Shown piece by piece: positions 29,362 to 41,410 of a DNA stretch of 64,000 nt. A model generated the notes under the pieces. That model worked only from the letters and a program-made list of their open reading frames with translations, ran no database searches and had not been told where the DNA came from. The DNA is from Candidatus Dormiibacterota bacterium (GTDB taxonomy: Bacteria; Chloroflexota; Dormibacteria; Aeolococcales; Aeolococcaceae): contig OY970355.1 of the NCBI GenBank assembly GCA_963718525.1, positions 1,568,001 through 1,632,000 of the forward strand. Direction: 5' to 3'. Position numbers and translations under genes: made by a program. Numbering within the stretch: the first letter of the stretch is position 1; every line of letters starts with the position of its first letter.

Positions 29362-29476
29362 ATTGGGCGGGTCGCTGGAGGCCTGTCATTGCGCGCACGT
29401 GGTAACCTCGCGTATCGCGCCCGGTATCAGCCGGCGTTCCTCAGCGGAGTGAACCCGCTCCTGGCGAGAGAGGCAG

Positions 29477-30070
29477 ATGTACGCAATCCTTCAACACGGC
29501 GGTCACCAGTATCGTGTCGCTTCCGGCGACCGGATCCTTGTCGACCGCATTCCAGTCGAGGTCGGATCGACGGTGACGCTCGAATCCGTCCTCCTGATCG
29601 GCGATGGCGCCGAGTCCGACGTCGCCAAGGGATCGCCGCTCCAGGCGTCCGTAACGGCGACGGTGATCGCGCACCGGCGTGGACGCAAGATCCGCGTGTT
29701 CACCTACAAGCCGAAGAAACGCCACCGGCGAACCCTCGGCTACCGCAGCCAGCTCACCGAGCTCCTCATCGACGAGGTCGGACGCGGCAAGGCAGAGACC
29801 AAGCCGAAGGCAGCTGCGCCGAAGCGTGCGGCAGCACCGAAGGCGGCTGCCGAAGCTGCACCGATCGAGGCGAAGGCCGACGCCACCGCCGCTGAAGCCG
29901 ACGCGGTGGCGATCGAAGCCGAGGCGGTCGAGGCCGAGCTCGCCGTCGCGGAGGAAGCCGTGGAGGAGGCGGTCGCCGCTGAGACCGAAGCGGCTGCGCC
30001 TGCGAAACCGGCCGCACCGAAACGAGCACGGACACCCAAGCCAAAGAAGGACCCGGACAATGGCGCATAA
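29477..30070 (+). CDS. rplU: 50S ribosomal protein L21 with long Ala/Glu/Lys tail
   Basis: [32 protein letters not shown]. Confidence 0.95.
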   Translation: MYAILQHGGHQYRVASGDRILVDRIPVEVGSTVTLESVLLIGDGAESDVAKGSPLQASVTATVIAHRRGRKIRVFTYKPKKRHRRTLGYRSQLTELLIDEVGRGKAETKPKAAAPKRAAAPKAAAEAAPIEAKADATAAEADAVAIEAEAVEAELAVAEEAVEEAVAAETEAAAPAKPAAPKRARTPKPKKDPDNGA

Positions 30071-30377
30071 GAAAGGCGGCGGGAGCTCCCGCAACGGACG
30101 CGACTCCAAGGCGAAGCGTCTGGGCGTCAAGCGCCACACCGGCGAGGTCGTGCTGGCGGGCACCATCCTGGTCCGTCAGCGCGGTACCAAGATCCTCGCG
30201 GGTGAGCACGTGGGGGTCGGGCGTGACCACACGCTCTTCGCTCTGCGCACCGGCACCGTCGCCTATGATCACACCGGCCATGACCGGACTCGCGCCAACG
30301 TTCGCGCGATGCCGATCTTCTCGATCGGGGAGATGATCGAGGAGCCAGACGAGGAGCCGGTCGCAGCGACCGGCTGA
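30060..30377 (+). CDS. rpmA: 50S ribosomal protein L27
   Basis: [36 protein letters not shown]. Confidence 0.97.
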   Translation: MAHKKGGGSSRNGRDSKAKRLGVKRHTGEVVLAGTILVRQRGTKILAGEHVGVGRDHTLFALRTGTVAYDHTGHDRTRANVRAMPIFSIGEMIEEPDEEPVAATG

Positions 30378-32287
<1,910 letters not shown>

Positions 32288-32297
32288 TGCGAATCGG

Positions 32298-32639
32298 ATG
32301 ACCTCAACGGATCTTGCCGGCGTCATCGCCGCTGCAGCCACTGACAAGAAGGCGCGCGACGTGGTCATCCTCGACATCCGCGGCAAGACGACCATCGCCG
32401 ACTATTTCGTCATATGCGAGGGCGACACCGACCGTCAAGTTCGCGCCATTACTGACAATATCACCGACGTGTGCAAGCAGCATGGTATCCGAGCGCTTGC
32501 GGTCGCCGGTCTCAAGGATGCCTCGTGGGCGTGCGCCGACTTCGATGCGGTGATCGCGCATGTCTTCCTTCCTGGAGAGCGCACGTTCTATGATCTCGAG
32601 GGCTTGTGGGGAGACCCCGCCGGAGAGCGCGCGGTCTGA
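32298..32639 (+). CDS. rsfS: Ribosome silencing factor
   Basis: DKKARDV, ADYFVI, RQVRAI, FYDLEGLW; alternative start 32280. Confidence 0.93.
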   Translation: MTSTDLAGVIAAAATDKKARDVVILDIRGKTTIADYFVICEGDTDRQVRAITDNITDVCKQHGIRALAVAGLKDASWACADFDAVIAHVFLPGERTFYDLEGLWGDPAGERAV

Positions 32640-32665
32640 TTCCGGAACTCCGCTGACCCGACGTC

Positions 32666-34045
32666 CTACCCGGTGAACGCCGGCAACGGATGCGCCACCG
32701 CGGAGGCGAGATTGAGGACCGCAAACAGCAGGGCGACGCCGCTGAACGCGATCGCGCCCCAGAGCACGATCTTCTCGACGATGTTGATATCGCGGCCACC
32801 GATCGACATGATCGGCGGAATGACGCAGCCCAGGAGCGCGCCGGCGATCAGGCCGCCGACGTGGGCGTAGTTGTTGATGTCGAGCGTCGGACCGAACACG
32901 AATGTCAGCACGACATTGAGGACGATCACCGTCACCGCGTAGTTCCGCACCGTGTGTGCGATTCCAACCGGTACGTTCTTGCCCTGCAGTCTTCCAACCA
33001 TGAGGAGAAGGCCGATGAGACCCGCGATACCGCCTGACGCACCAAGCGAAAGGCTGGTCGGGGTGATTCCCGGAAGGCTCGGCGCGAAGGTGCTCGCCGC
33101 CACCCACAGGAGACCGCCGGCGATGGCAGTGATGAGGAATGCTCCGAGCAGGACCAGGCGGCCGTAGAGTTGCTCGACGAGCCTGCCGATGAACAGCATC
33201 GCGATGCTGTTGAAGAGGACGTGATACACGTTGGTGGGGTCGTGCAGAAACGCGCTGCTGACAAGCCGCCACCACGCGACCCCGCAGGCGGGACTCTGGC
33301 CGAAGGCGGGGTAGAACTCCCCGTTGGGAAGCGCACCCCACGAGCAGATGTCGGGTCCGGTCGTCGACGTGTGGAGCGATAGCGTGGTGTACTCGAGGAC
33401 CCAGATCACGACGAACACCGCGATCAGCCCGTATGTCATATACGGCTGCGTGACCATCGCGCGGCGCACCGGGGCGACGTAGCCTCCCGCAACGGCCTGG
33501 CGCTCCGCGAGGTCGACCGCCGCCAGTGTCGGCACAGGCGCCCCCTCGTGCACCGACCGTGCCCGGGCACGCAATTCGCTCACCGACGGCATGCCCGGCG
33601 GGATCGGCAGCACGGCTCCGGCGTTGCCGAGCGAAGGATCCACCCACGCGACCCCGAGGCGCACGGGGTCGCCCGGCGTGGTCTTGACGGAGAGCGTGCC
33701 GGCGAGCGGGCCGAGCGCGATCAGGAGGATGTCGCACACCTGGGCACCCTGCTGCCGGATGCGCTCCAGCCCCCATCGACGTGCCGCTTCGCAGCGCGCT
33801 GCCAGGTCGCGGCCGGCTTCGGCAGGGTCGGGCGGCGGCTCGTACATCGCGACCAGCGCCGCCCTCGGACCGTTCCACATCGCCGTGGCGAGCGCATAGT
33901 GACCCAGCAGCTCGCCGAGCCGCGCGTCACGAGGGTCGGCGAGCCTGAGCCGGTAGCGCGTCACGAGGTCGTACGCGATCGCAAGTGCGACCGGGCTCGG
34001 CCCCGGAGGCGGCGCGGCGTAGGTAGGTGGAGCCGCGTCCGTCAC
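32666..34045 (-). CDS. Rhomboid intramembrane serine protease with large N-terminal domain
   Basis: WWRLVSSAFLH, HVLFN, GASGG, AHVGG; start set at GTG 34045. Confidence 0.9.
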   Translation of the reverse strand: MTDAAPPTYAAPPPGPSPVALAIAYDLVTRYRLRLADPRDARLGELLGHYALATAMWNGPRAALVAMYEPPPDPAEAGRDLAARCEAARRWGLERIRQQGAQVCDILLIALGPLAGTLSVKTTPGDPVRLGVAWVDPSLGNAGAVLPIPPGMPSVSELRARARSVHEGAPVPTLAAVDLAERQAVAGGYVAPVRRAMVTQPYMTYGLIAVFVVIWVLEYTTLSLHTSTTGPDICSWGALPNGEFYPAFGQSPACGVAWWRLVSSAFLHDPTNVYHVLFNSIAMLFIGRLVEQLYGRLVLLGAFLITAIAGGLLWVAASTFAPSLPGITPTSLSLGASGGIAGLIGLLLMVGRLQGKNVPVGIAHTVRNYAVTVIVLNVVLTFVFGPTLDINNYAHVGGLIAGALLGCVIPPIMSIGGRDINIVEKIVLWGAIAFSGVALLFAVLNLASAVAHPLPAFTG

Positions 34046-34116
34046 TCGGTTCAGTCTACCGATCGCACCCTTCGACACCCCCGTGCCCTGGCTGCACTTT
34101 GGGCTATGGTCACGCC

Positions 34117-34911
34117 GTGCCCCCGGGCAGGAGCGCCGCGACGATCCAGCCGAAGATGACCCTCGGCGCTCTCTACCGTTGCCTGCTCGACCGCCTGGAC
34201 ATGCGGCTCGGCATGCGTGTGGGCATCCATTTCGAGGAGCGCACGTCGATCGTTGCGGAGCATGCCGTTGCCGGGTCCGAGCCGGCGCGCATCGAGCAGC
34301 GGACGTTCGACGCCGACCTCGCCGTCCGCGATGCGCAGGTGGTGGAGGCGACACTGAGCGCGGGCGCAACAGGAGCGGAAACGCTCGTCGTACGCGTCGC
34401 CGAGGTCGATGGCGGAAGCCGGTACTCGATCGCCGGCGAGGGTTTTGGAGTCCTGCTGGTACGCCCCGATCTCTTCCATCTCGCCGCGTTCGGCACCAAG
34501 CTCGAGAGCGTGCCCGTGAACGACGCGGTCATCGATCAGGAGACTCCGGACGGCTCCGGCCGGATCGTCGTCGACGCCGAGATCGACACCGATGCGTTCG
34601 CGCGGCTCCTCCATGTCTTCGACGGTGGTCAGTCGGAGAACCCGGAACTGCCGTTGCTCTCGCATTCGACCGTGCTGTCCGCCGCAGCAGACGTGACCCT
34701 CGACTACTGGTGGTCGCTCCTCGGCCTCGACGAGGTCGAGGGCCGGCCGGCACGCCACAATGTCGTCGTCGGCCACGTGCACGCGTCCTTTGCCCCGCTG
34801 ACGGATGCCGGCTCCGGCGCGACCCCGCTCGACCCGGACCCCGGGCTACCGACCCTCGAGGATCTCGATGCCGTATGGGAACGCGCCCGCCAGCACAGGG
34901 TCGGAAGCTGA
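34117..34911 (+). CDS. Hypothetical protein
   Basis: Protein-like acidic ORF filling the gap; TATGGT 6 nt before GTG; alternative ATG 34156. Confidence 0.6.
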   Translation: MPPGRSAATIQPKMTLGALYRCLLDRLDMRLGMRVGIHFEERTSIVAEHAVAGSEPARIEQRTFDADLAVRDAQVVEATLSAGATGAETLVVRVAEVDGGSRYSIAGEGFGVLLVRPDLFHLAAFGTKLESVPVNDAVIDQETPDGSGRIVVDAEIDTDAFARLLHVFDGGQSENPELPLLSHSTVLSAAADVTLDYWWSLLGLDEVEGRPARHNVVVGHVHASFAPLTDAGSGATPLDPDPGLPTLEDLDAVWERARQHRVGS

Positions 34912-34915
34912 CGCG

Positions 34916-37438
34916 CTAATGCGGCGGTAACGTCGGGAGGGGCGTCGGGGTCGGGCTCGGTCCCGGTGACGGGTTGGGCGACGGATTGGGATTGGCCGGC
35001 GGAGGAGGCGGCGCCTGGGACGGCCCCGCGTAGGTGCAGGTCTGGGTGGGGAGCGGAGTCGGGCCGTAGTACGTGCAGTTCGTCGATGCGCCGGGCTGGG
35101 TGCCGGGCAGGTAGAAGTCGGAATTGTCGCCCTGGCCGCCGATCGAGATGACGTCGGCGGGCTGCTTGTACCAGGTGAGTGGAGCGCCCTTGGTCGCCGC
35201 CGTCATGTACGCGTGCCAGATCGGAGCGGCGCCGCTGTACCCGGAGACGATGCCGTCGAGGTGGCCGCAGTCGGGGTAGCCGGGATGCAGCGGCTTCAAA
35301 CCGTAGTGAGCCAGGTCGCGCGGGCTGAACGGATACGTGTAGTCGACCTCACCGGCCTCGATGACGTTCCCCCTTCGGATCTGCGATTCCATGTAGCCGT
35401 AATCCTTGGGCTGGAGACAGCTGCGCTGCGCGTTGCCGACCCAGACCGCGGTCAGCAGGTTCGGAGTCCAACCCACGGTGAGGTTGTCCATGAAGAAGTC
35501 CGCGGTGCCGGTCTTGGCGCTCACCCGGCGCGCACCCAGGGTCAGGTAGCCGTTGCGCCCGAACTCCCTGATCCGGTTGTTGTCGTTGCTGGTGATCTCA
35601 TCCATGATGTAGGCGACGTTCGCCGGGATCACCTGGTGGCCCGCCGCCGCGGCGTTGTACGTCCAGATCGTCTGGTTGGTGGCCTGCGCGGTGATGCTGG
35701 TGACCGGCATGGGGTTGTGCTGGACACCGAGATCGCCGAGGGTGGCGGCGCCGTCCGCGAGGTCCAGCAGGGTGATCCCGCAGGTGAGCGATCCGAGGGT
35801 CGCCGCCCACTGGGTGGGGGTCGGCCAGTTCACGTACTGCCCGTTGGGCCCGCAGTTCTGGTCGAGTGACTTCACGCCCATCGCCAGCTCGGTGTTCGCG
35901 ATGTACTGCGTGCCGGTTGCATATTCGGTTTTGACCGCCGGGATGTTGAACGAGTTTCCCAGGCACAGCTTGAGATCGCACGTGCCGTGGAGATGGCGGT
36001 CATCGTCATACGGCGAATACGGTGCAGCGCCGGGGATCGGGAACTTGTAATAGCTATCCAGGATTGGAGTGGTCATCGTGAACTTGGTCGACGCGATGGC
36101 GGCCGTATACGTGAACAGCTTCGTGGTCGAGCCCATGTTCAGCTGGACGGCCGCCGCCTCGTTGACCTGCCCGAAGTACGGGTCGGCGTAGTTCCACGTC
36201 CCGACCATCGCCAGCACCTCCCCGTTCTGCGGGTCGAGGCTCACCAGGGCGCCGTCGCCCATGTTCTCTTTGACGCGTTGCGCAGCGATGAGGTTGTGGA
36301 CGGTGCTGTACGCCAGGTTCTGCTTGGTCTGGTCGAGGGTGGTGTGGATCTCGTACCCACCGGGATTGGCGTACTGCGGAAAGTTTGCGTTCAGGTAGGT
36401 CTCGAGGTAATTGACGAAGTCGAGGTCGAGGTTGGGCTCCAACTCGGTCCACACGTGGAAGGTGAGCGGCTCGGCGAATGCGGCAACACCCTCTGCCTGG
36501 GTGATGTACCCGCTCGCCTGCATGGCCTGGAGCACCGCCTTCTGACGGGACTTCGCGAGTGGGTTGACTGTCTCACCGGGGTCACGAAGGAGCGGGTTGT
36601 ACGCCGAGGGGGACTGGGGCAGACCCGCGAGCATTGCTGCCTGGGCGAGATCCAGCTGGCTCGCGGGCTTGAGGAAATACAGCTCCGCCGCACTCCCGAT
36701 ACCGACCGAGTAGTTCCCGTAAAAGATCCGGTTGACATACATGTCGAGGATCTCGTTCTTCGTGAAGTTGAGCGCGAGCTCGTTGCCGAGCACGATCTCC
36801 TTGATCTTGTAATCGATGCTCTGGGGTGGATCGGCGCCGCCGTAGAGGCTGATCTTCGCGAGCTGCTCGGTGATCGTCGAGCCACCCTGGAGCGACGCGC
36901 CGTGGTGGGTGACGTCGGCGATGCCGGACTCGACCAGACGGGCGAGGTCCCACGAGCCTTCGTTGTAGAAGTTGTGGTCCTCGATGGCGACGATCGCCTC
37001 CTTGAAGTACGGCGAGATCTGCGTGAGGTCGGCGTGGATGTGTCGATAACCCTCGTTGTGGAAGACGTGGATGAGCCCGCCCTGTGCGTCGTAGACGCTG
37101 GTGTCGATCTGCGGCTCCATGTTGGCGACGGTCACCGCGTCCGGAAGCTGGCCCTTGTAGGCGTTGTAGCCCGCGAAGACGGCGCCGACAGTCCCGGCGC
37201 CGATCGCGGCGAACACAGTGATGGCAATCAGCACGACACGGAGCACGCGTCCGCGCTTGCGTGGCGTGCGCAGATGCCGGTACGCGCTGGCCCGACGGCG
37301 GCGCAGTTCCGCTCGCGCGGCGGCCTCGGCGGCCCCGATTCCCGGGTTGTTCGAGGCGGTGGCGCGAGCCGGTGTCGTCGAACCGTTCGGCAGGCCTGCC
37401 CGGCGGCGGCGGACCTCTGGGGTCTGGTCGAGGCTCAC
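34916..37438 (-). CDS. Class A penicillin-binding protein (transglycosylase + transpeptidase)
   Basis: AIEDHNF, QGGSTITEQL, GSTTK (SxxK), SFN, KTG; Pro-rich tail. Confidence 0.93.
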   Translation of the reverse strand: MSLDQTPEVRRRRAGLPNGSTTPARATASNNPGIGAAEAAARAELRRRRASAYRHLRTPRKRGRVLRVVLIAITVFAAIGAGTVGAVFAGYNAYKGQLPDAVTVANMEPQIDTSVYDAQGGLIHVFHNEGYRHIHADLTQISPYFKEAIVAIEDHNFYNEGSWDLARLVESGIADVTHHGASLQGGSTITEQLAKISLYGGADPPQSIDYKIKEIVLGNELALNFTKNEILDMYVNRIFYGNYSVGIGSAAELYFLKPASQLDLAQAAMLAGLPQSPSAYNPLLRDPGETVNPLAKSRQKAVLQAMQASGYITQAEGVAAFAEPLTFHVWTELEPNLDLDFVNYLETYLNANFPQYANPGGYEIHTTLDQTKQNLAYSTVHNLIAAQRVKENMGDGALVSLDPQNGEVLAMVGTWNYADPYFGQVNEAAAVQLNMGSTTKLFTYTAAIASTKFTMTTPILDSYYKFPIPGAAPYSPYDDDRHLHGTCDLKLCLGNSFNIPAVKTEYATGTQYIANTELAMGVKSLDQNCGPNGQYVNWPTPTQWAATLGSLTCGITLLDLADGAATLGDLGVQHNPMPVTSITAQATNQTIWTYNAAAAGHQVIPANVAYIMDEITSNDNNRIREFGRNGYLTLGARRVSAKTGTADFFMDNLTVGWTPNLLTAVWVGNAQRSCLQPKDYGYMESQIRRGNVIEAGEVDYTYPFSPRDLAHYGLKPLHPGYPDCGHLDGIVSGYSGAAPIWHAYMTAATKGAPLTWYKQPADVISIGGQGDNSDFYLPGTQPGASTNCTYYGPTPLPTQTCTYAGPSQAPPPPPANPNPSPNPSPGPSPTPTPLPTLPPH

Positions 37439-37546
37439 GCGGGAACCGTCGGATGCATTGGCGAAATGGTCTCCTGACTCCCGTGCGCTGTGGCGCGCCG
37501 GGAGTGCTGTCGAGTTCCTGGGTGAAACGCCACGGTGGGGGCCGGG

Positions 37547-37699
37547 TTACGCCGGGCGCATCGCGACGGCGAGGATGAAGAGGGCGGCGAACACCAGGAT
37601 GATTGCCGCGCCGCCGGCGAGCGCCGCCGGACCTTCCTCGATCCAGAAGGCGGCGACCCGGCGGCGCCCCGGAAAACCTTCATCCAGTGGTACGGCCAT
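37547..37699 (-). CDS. Small single-TM protein (50 aa)
   Basis: TACGGT 7 nt before ATG (MAVPLD); C-terminal hydrophobic helix. Confidence 0.5.
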   Translation of the reverse strand: MAVPLDEGFPGRRRVAAFWIEEGPAALAGGAAIILVFAALFILAVAMRPA

Positions 37700-37796
37700 T
37701 GGGCCAACCGTACCAGCAGGGTCCCTGGAACGGTCGTATGACAATCCGTCACGCGCGCCGGAACGTCAAACCAGCCCATGACACAATCGGACGCCG

Positions 37797-39113
37797 ATGG
37801 CAGTCACAGCGCCTGTTTCCGCGCCCGCCTCCAGTCCGATCGCGCTCCCTCCCGCCCCGAGGACCGCCGAGGAGACGGGGCTCCCCTTCAGCTTTGTGTG
37901 CGACCTCGTCCTCAAGGTCCTCTATTTCAACGGCAGCATGCTGGGTCGCGACATCGCCAACCACCTCTGCCTGCCGTTCTCATTTGTCGAGACCACGTCG
38001 CGGTTCCTCGCCGACGAAGGCTACTGCTCGTCGACCGGTGTGCACACCGCCACGCTGGACCCGGGCGAGCCGATCAACGCCGGCATGCAGCACATGATCT
38101 CGACCACGGGCAGGCAGCGTGCTCGCGAGCTGCTCGAGATCAACCAATACGCCGGCCCCGCCCCCGTGCCGATCGCCGACTACACCGCGATGGCGGAGCG
38201 CCAGTCGCACGTCGACGGACAGGTCAACCGCGCACGCCTCCACGATGCCTTCAGCCACCTGGTCCTTTCGGAGGTCGTGCTCGACCACCTCGGACCGGCC
38301 CTGAGCGCGCGCCAGGCCGTGTTCCTGTACGGGCCGCCGGGCAACGGCAAGACCACCATCGCCGAGGCCGCCGCGTCGCTGCTGGGCGCGCCGATGTTCA
38401 TCCCTCGGGCGCTCTACGTGCACGGCGAGGTGATCCGCTTCTACGACCCGATCCATCACGAGCCCATCGACCGCGAGCTGCCGCCCCACGACCGCCGCTG
38501 GCAGCTGGCCAAGCGTCCGGCCGTCAAGGTCGGTGGCGAGCTGACCCCGCGGATGCTCGAGCTCGGTTTCGACCACACGCTGGGGTTCTACGAGGCCTCG
38601 ATGCAGCTCAAGGCCAACGGTGGGCTGTTCCTCATCGACGACTTCGGCCGTCAGCAGAACATGTCTCCCCGCGACCTGCTCAACCGCTTGATCGTGCCGC
38701 TGGAGAAGAAGGTCGACTACCTCAACATCCCTCGCGCCGGGTCGAGCATCCCGGTGCCGTTCACCTGCCTGGTCATGCTCTCGACCAACCTGCGTCCGCA
38801 GAATCTCATGGACGAGGCATTCCTTCGCCGGGTGCGCTTCAAGGTGCATGTTCCCGACCCGACCGTCGACGAGTACAAGGAGATCTGGCGGCGCAACTGT
38901 GTCGACAACAACCTGCGCATGGACGAGGGACTGGTCGACCGGTTGCTCGAGAAGCACTACCACGCCAAGGGCCGTCCGCTGCACGGCACGCACCCGCGTG
39001 ACCTGCTCAACCACGTGATCCACGCCGCGCTGTACCTGGGCAAGCCCGTCGAGCTCAACAGCGAGCTGCTCGAACTCGCGTGCGAGACCTATTTCGTCGA
39101 CTTTGACGAGTAG
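37797..39113 (+). CDS. Uncharacterised AAA+ ATPase
   Basis: YAGPAPV, YGPPGNGKT, QLKANGG.FLIDDFGRQ, STNL, DEAFLRR, HPRDL. Confidence 0.88.
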   Translation: MAVTAPVSAPASSPIALPPAPRTAEETGLPFSFVCDLVLKVLYFNGSMLGRDIANHLCLPFSFVETTSRFLADEGYCSSTGVHTATLDPGEPINAGMQHMISTTGRQRARELLEINQYAGPAPVPIADYTAMAERQSHVDGQVNRARLHDAFSHLVLSEVVLDHLGPALSARQAVFLYGPPGNGKTTIAEAAASLLGAPMFIPRALYVHGEVIRFYDPIHHEPIDRELPPHDRRWQLAKRPAVKVGGELTPRMLELGFDHTLGFYEASMQLKANGGLFLIDDFGRQQNMSPRDLLNRLIVPLEKKVDYLNIPRAGSSIPVPFTCLVMLSTNLRPQNLMDEAFLRRVRFKVHVPDPTVDEYKEIWRRNCVDNNLRMDEGLVDRLLEKHYHAKGRPLHGTHPRDLLNHVIHAALYLGKPVELNSELLELACETYFVDFDE

Positions 39114-39172
39114 GCGGACCCCGCACGGCGGTGCGCGCGGCCGGATTGGCGAGAATAGGGACGAGCGCTGAC

Positions 39173-39649
39173 ATGCCGAAGTCACATCACTACGAGCTGA
39201 CCGTGAGCTGGACCGGGAACACCGGTACCGGAACCAGTTCGTACCAGGCGTTCGAGCGCGCACACGATGTCAGCATCGCCGGCAAGCCGACCATCCTCGG
39301 CAGCGCGGATCCGGCGTTTCGCGGCGCACCGGATCGTTGGAACCCCGAGGAGATGCTGGTCGCGTCGCTCGCTCAATGTCACATGCTCTGGTACCTCGTG
39401 CTCTGCGCGAAGGAAGGCATCATCGTGACCGGTTACGTCGATCACCCATCGGGGACACTCGTGGAGACGCCGGATGGCGGCGGGCACTTCGAAGAGGTGG
39501 TGCTGCAGCCCCAGGTCACGATCACCACGCCCGGCAAGGTGGATCGCGCCATCGCGTTGCACGAGCGAGCCCACGACCTGTGCTACGTCGCCAACTCCGT
39601 GAATTTCAGCGTGCGCGCCGAACCTACGGTTGTGACTGCGCCGGCCTAG
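39173..39649 (+). CDS. OsmC family protein
   Basis: WTGN.G.GT, SADPAFRG, WNPEE, CHMLWYL, CYVANSV. Confidence 0.93.
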   Translation: MPKSHHYELTVSWTGNTGTGTSSYQAFERAHDVSIAGKPTILGSADPAFRGAPDRWNPEEMLVASLAQCHMLWYLVLCAKEGIIVTGYVDHPSGTLVETPDGGGHFEEVVLQPQVTITTPGKVDRAIALHERAHDLCYVANSVNFSVRAEPTVVTAPA

Positions 39650-39670
39650 GGAGCACCGACCCTCTGCCCG

Positions 39671-40672
39671 TCATCGGCCTCGCTGCAGCGCCGAGCGCAC
39701 ACGCGCGGACGTCCACCGCTTGACGTTCAGCAATCTCCGCTCGAGCTCGCTGACCTCCATCGGTACCAAAGGGGTACCACGCGAGGTCACGTTCGGATCC
39801 CGCGCGCGGGCGCGAGCCCGGGCCACGGACGCAAGCTGCTGCTGCAGAACCGATTGACTATCCGCCCGCGGATCGAGCAACCGCAGGCTCACATGGAATT
39901 CAAAGGTGTCTCGTTGGGTAGGAGCGAAGTCACCGATCTCGAACTTGACGAGGCGGAGACGCGCCAGCTTCTCGAACAAGCCGAGGAACGAGTTGGGCGT
40001 GAACACGTGAGCATGCACGTCGACGAACTCGTCCGAGTGCTGCATGTCGATGCACCGCTTGTACGCGAAAACATCCGGGTCGTCGACGTCGGTGCGCACC
40101 GTCGAGCTGTAGTCGACGTTGTCCGCCCACACAGCCGGCGTGTCGATCATGTCGAGGAGGGCCTTTGCAGAGAAGTCGTAGACCTGCCGGTAACTCGGTT
40201 GCCTGAGTCGACGCAGGTTCGCATCCACGAGGTCGCTGATTTCGGTCAGCGAGCGATTGATGTCGAAGCAGTAGCGCTTGTCGGGAATGACCAGCGAAAG
40301 GATGCCGCCGGGTCGAAGAATCCGAGCGACATCATCCATCCAGTCGATGGGATCGGGGATGTGTTCGATCACGTGGCACGCGATCACGTAATCAAACGGC
40401 GCGTCCGCAATGACGGCGTCGGCGATGGTCTGCTTGTCGCCGATGACGTAGTCCACGTCGACGATCTCATCGAGCCGTCCATGCATGCCCACATCCGTCG
40501 CGTACTTGCGCTTGAGCTCATCGGCCGTGGCATGGTCGAGATAGCGAATTGGACCTTCGCTCTTGCGAACTCTCGGGGATGCCAGTGGACCGATCTCGAG
40601 CCCGCGCATGCTCGAGACATCGATGCCGGCTAGCTCAGGGCGCAAGGATTGGGAAACCTCAGGGGACACCAC
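39671..40672 (-). CDS. SAM-dependent methyltransferase
   Basis: GLEIGP, FDYVIACHVIEHIPD, LRPGG, PDKRYCFD. Confidence 0.85.
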   Translation of the reverse strand: MVSPEVSQSLRPELAGIDVSSMRGLEIGPLASPRVRKSEGPIRYLDHATADELKRKYATDVGMHGRLDEIVDVDYVIGDKQTIADAVIADAPFDYVIACHVIEHIPDPIDWMDDVARILRPGGILSLVIPDKRYCFDINRSLTEISDLVDANLRRLRQPSYRQVYDFSAKALLDMIDTPAVWADNVDYSSTVRTDVDDPDVFAYKRCIDMQHSDEFVDVHAHVFTPNSFLGLFEKLARLRLVKFEIGDFAPTQRDTFEFHVSLRLLDPRADSQSVLQQQLASVARARARARDPNVTSRGTPLVPMEVSELERRLLNVKRWTSARVRSALQRGR

Positions 40673-40753
40673 CGGGAATTCGCGAAGCGTACCGCCTCGA
40701 GTCGCCCTGACGAATTCGGGCGCTGCGAGCGGGGTCCGGCCGGCGGTTGGTGG

Positions 40754-41410
40754 CTACTGGTTGTGACCGCTGCCGACCGCGACGGATTCGCGCTCCGAGG
40801 CTTCCTTCGCGACGACCGACCCCGCCGGACGCCGCTCGATGATCTGATCAATCATCCCGTACGCAAGCGCCTGCTCCGCCGTCATGTGGTAGTCGCGTTC
40901 GATGTCGCGGGCGATCTGCTCCGAGTCCCGTCCGGTGTGCCGGTGGTAGAGCTCGACGAGCAACGCTCGCTGGCGGAGGATCTCGCGCGCGTGCACGTCG
41001 AGGTCGGTCGCCTGACCCTGCATGCCCTGCGCCCATGGTTGGTGGATGACCACCAGTGAGTTGGGCAGTGCGAGCCTGCGCCCCGGTGCGCCTGCGGAAA
41101 GCAGCAACGACGCGCCGCTTGCGGCCATCCCGAGGCACGTCGTCTCCACCTGCGGGCGCACGTACTGCATCGCGTCGTACATCGCGAGCGCTGCTGTCAT
41201 GGAGCCGCCGGGGCTGTTGATGTACAGGTGCACGTCGCGCTCGGGGTCCTCGCCCTCGAGGAAGAGGAGCTGCGCGGTGACCAGGTTGGCCAGATCGTCG
41301 TCGATGACCCCGCCGACGAAGATGATCCGGTCGCGGAGCAGGCGCGAGTAGATGTCGTACGAGCGCTCACCGCGAGTTGTGCTCTCGACGACGGTGGGGA
41401 CCAGGGTCAT
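40754..41410 (-). CDS. clpP: Second Clp protease proteolytic subunit
   Basis: [41 protein letters not shown]; Ser-His-Asp triad present. Confidence 0.95.
   Translation of the reverse strand: MTLVPTVVESTTRGERSYDIYSRLLRDRIIFVGGVIDDDLANLVTAQLLFLEGEDPERDVHLYINSPGGSMTAALAMYDAMQYVRPQVETTCLGMAASGASLLLSAGAPGRRLALPNSLVVIHQPWAQGMQGQATDLDVHAREILRQRALLVELYHRHTGRDSEQIARDIERDYHMTAEQALAYGMIDQIIERRPAGSVVAKEASERESVAVGSGHNQ

Noticed and set aside
37439-37550. c-di-AMP riboswitch before the PBP
   Set aside because: GGGAACC and GGGTGAA fragments are on the wrong strand and the rest of the motif is missing
37547-37699. Flp pilin
   Set aside because: Has F..EEG but lacks the G|xxxxEY motif; no tad genes nearby
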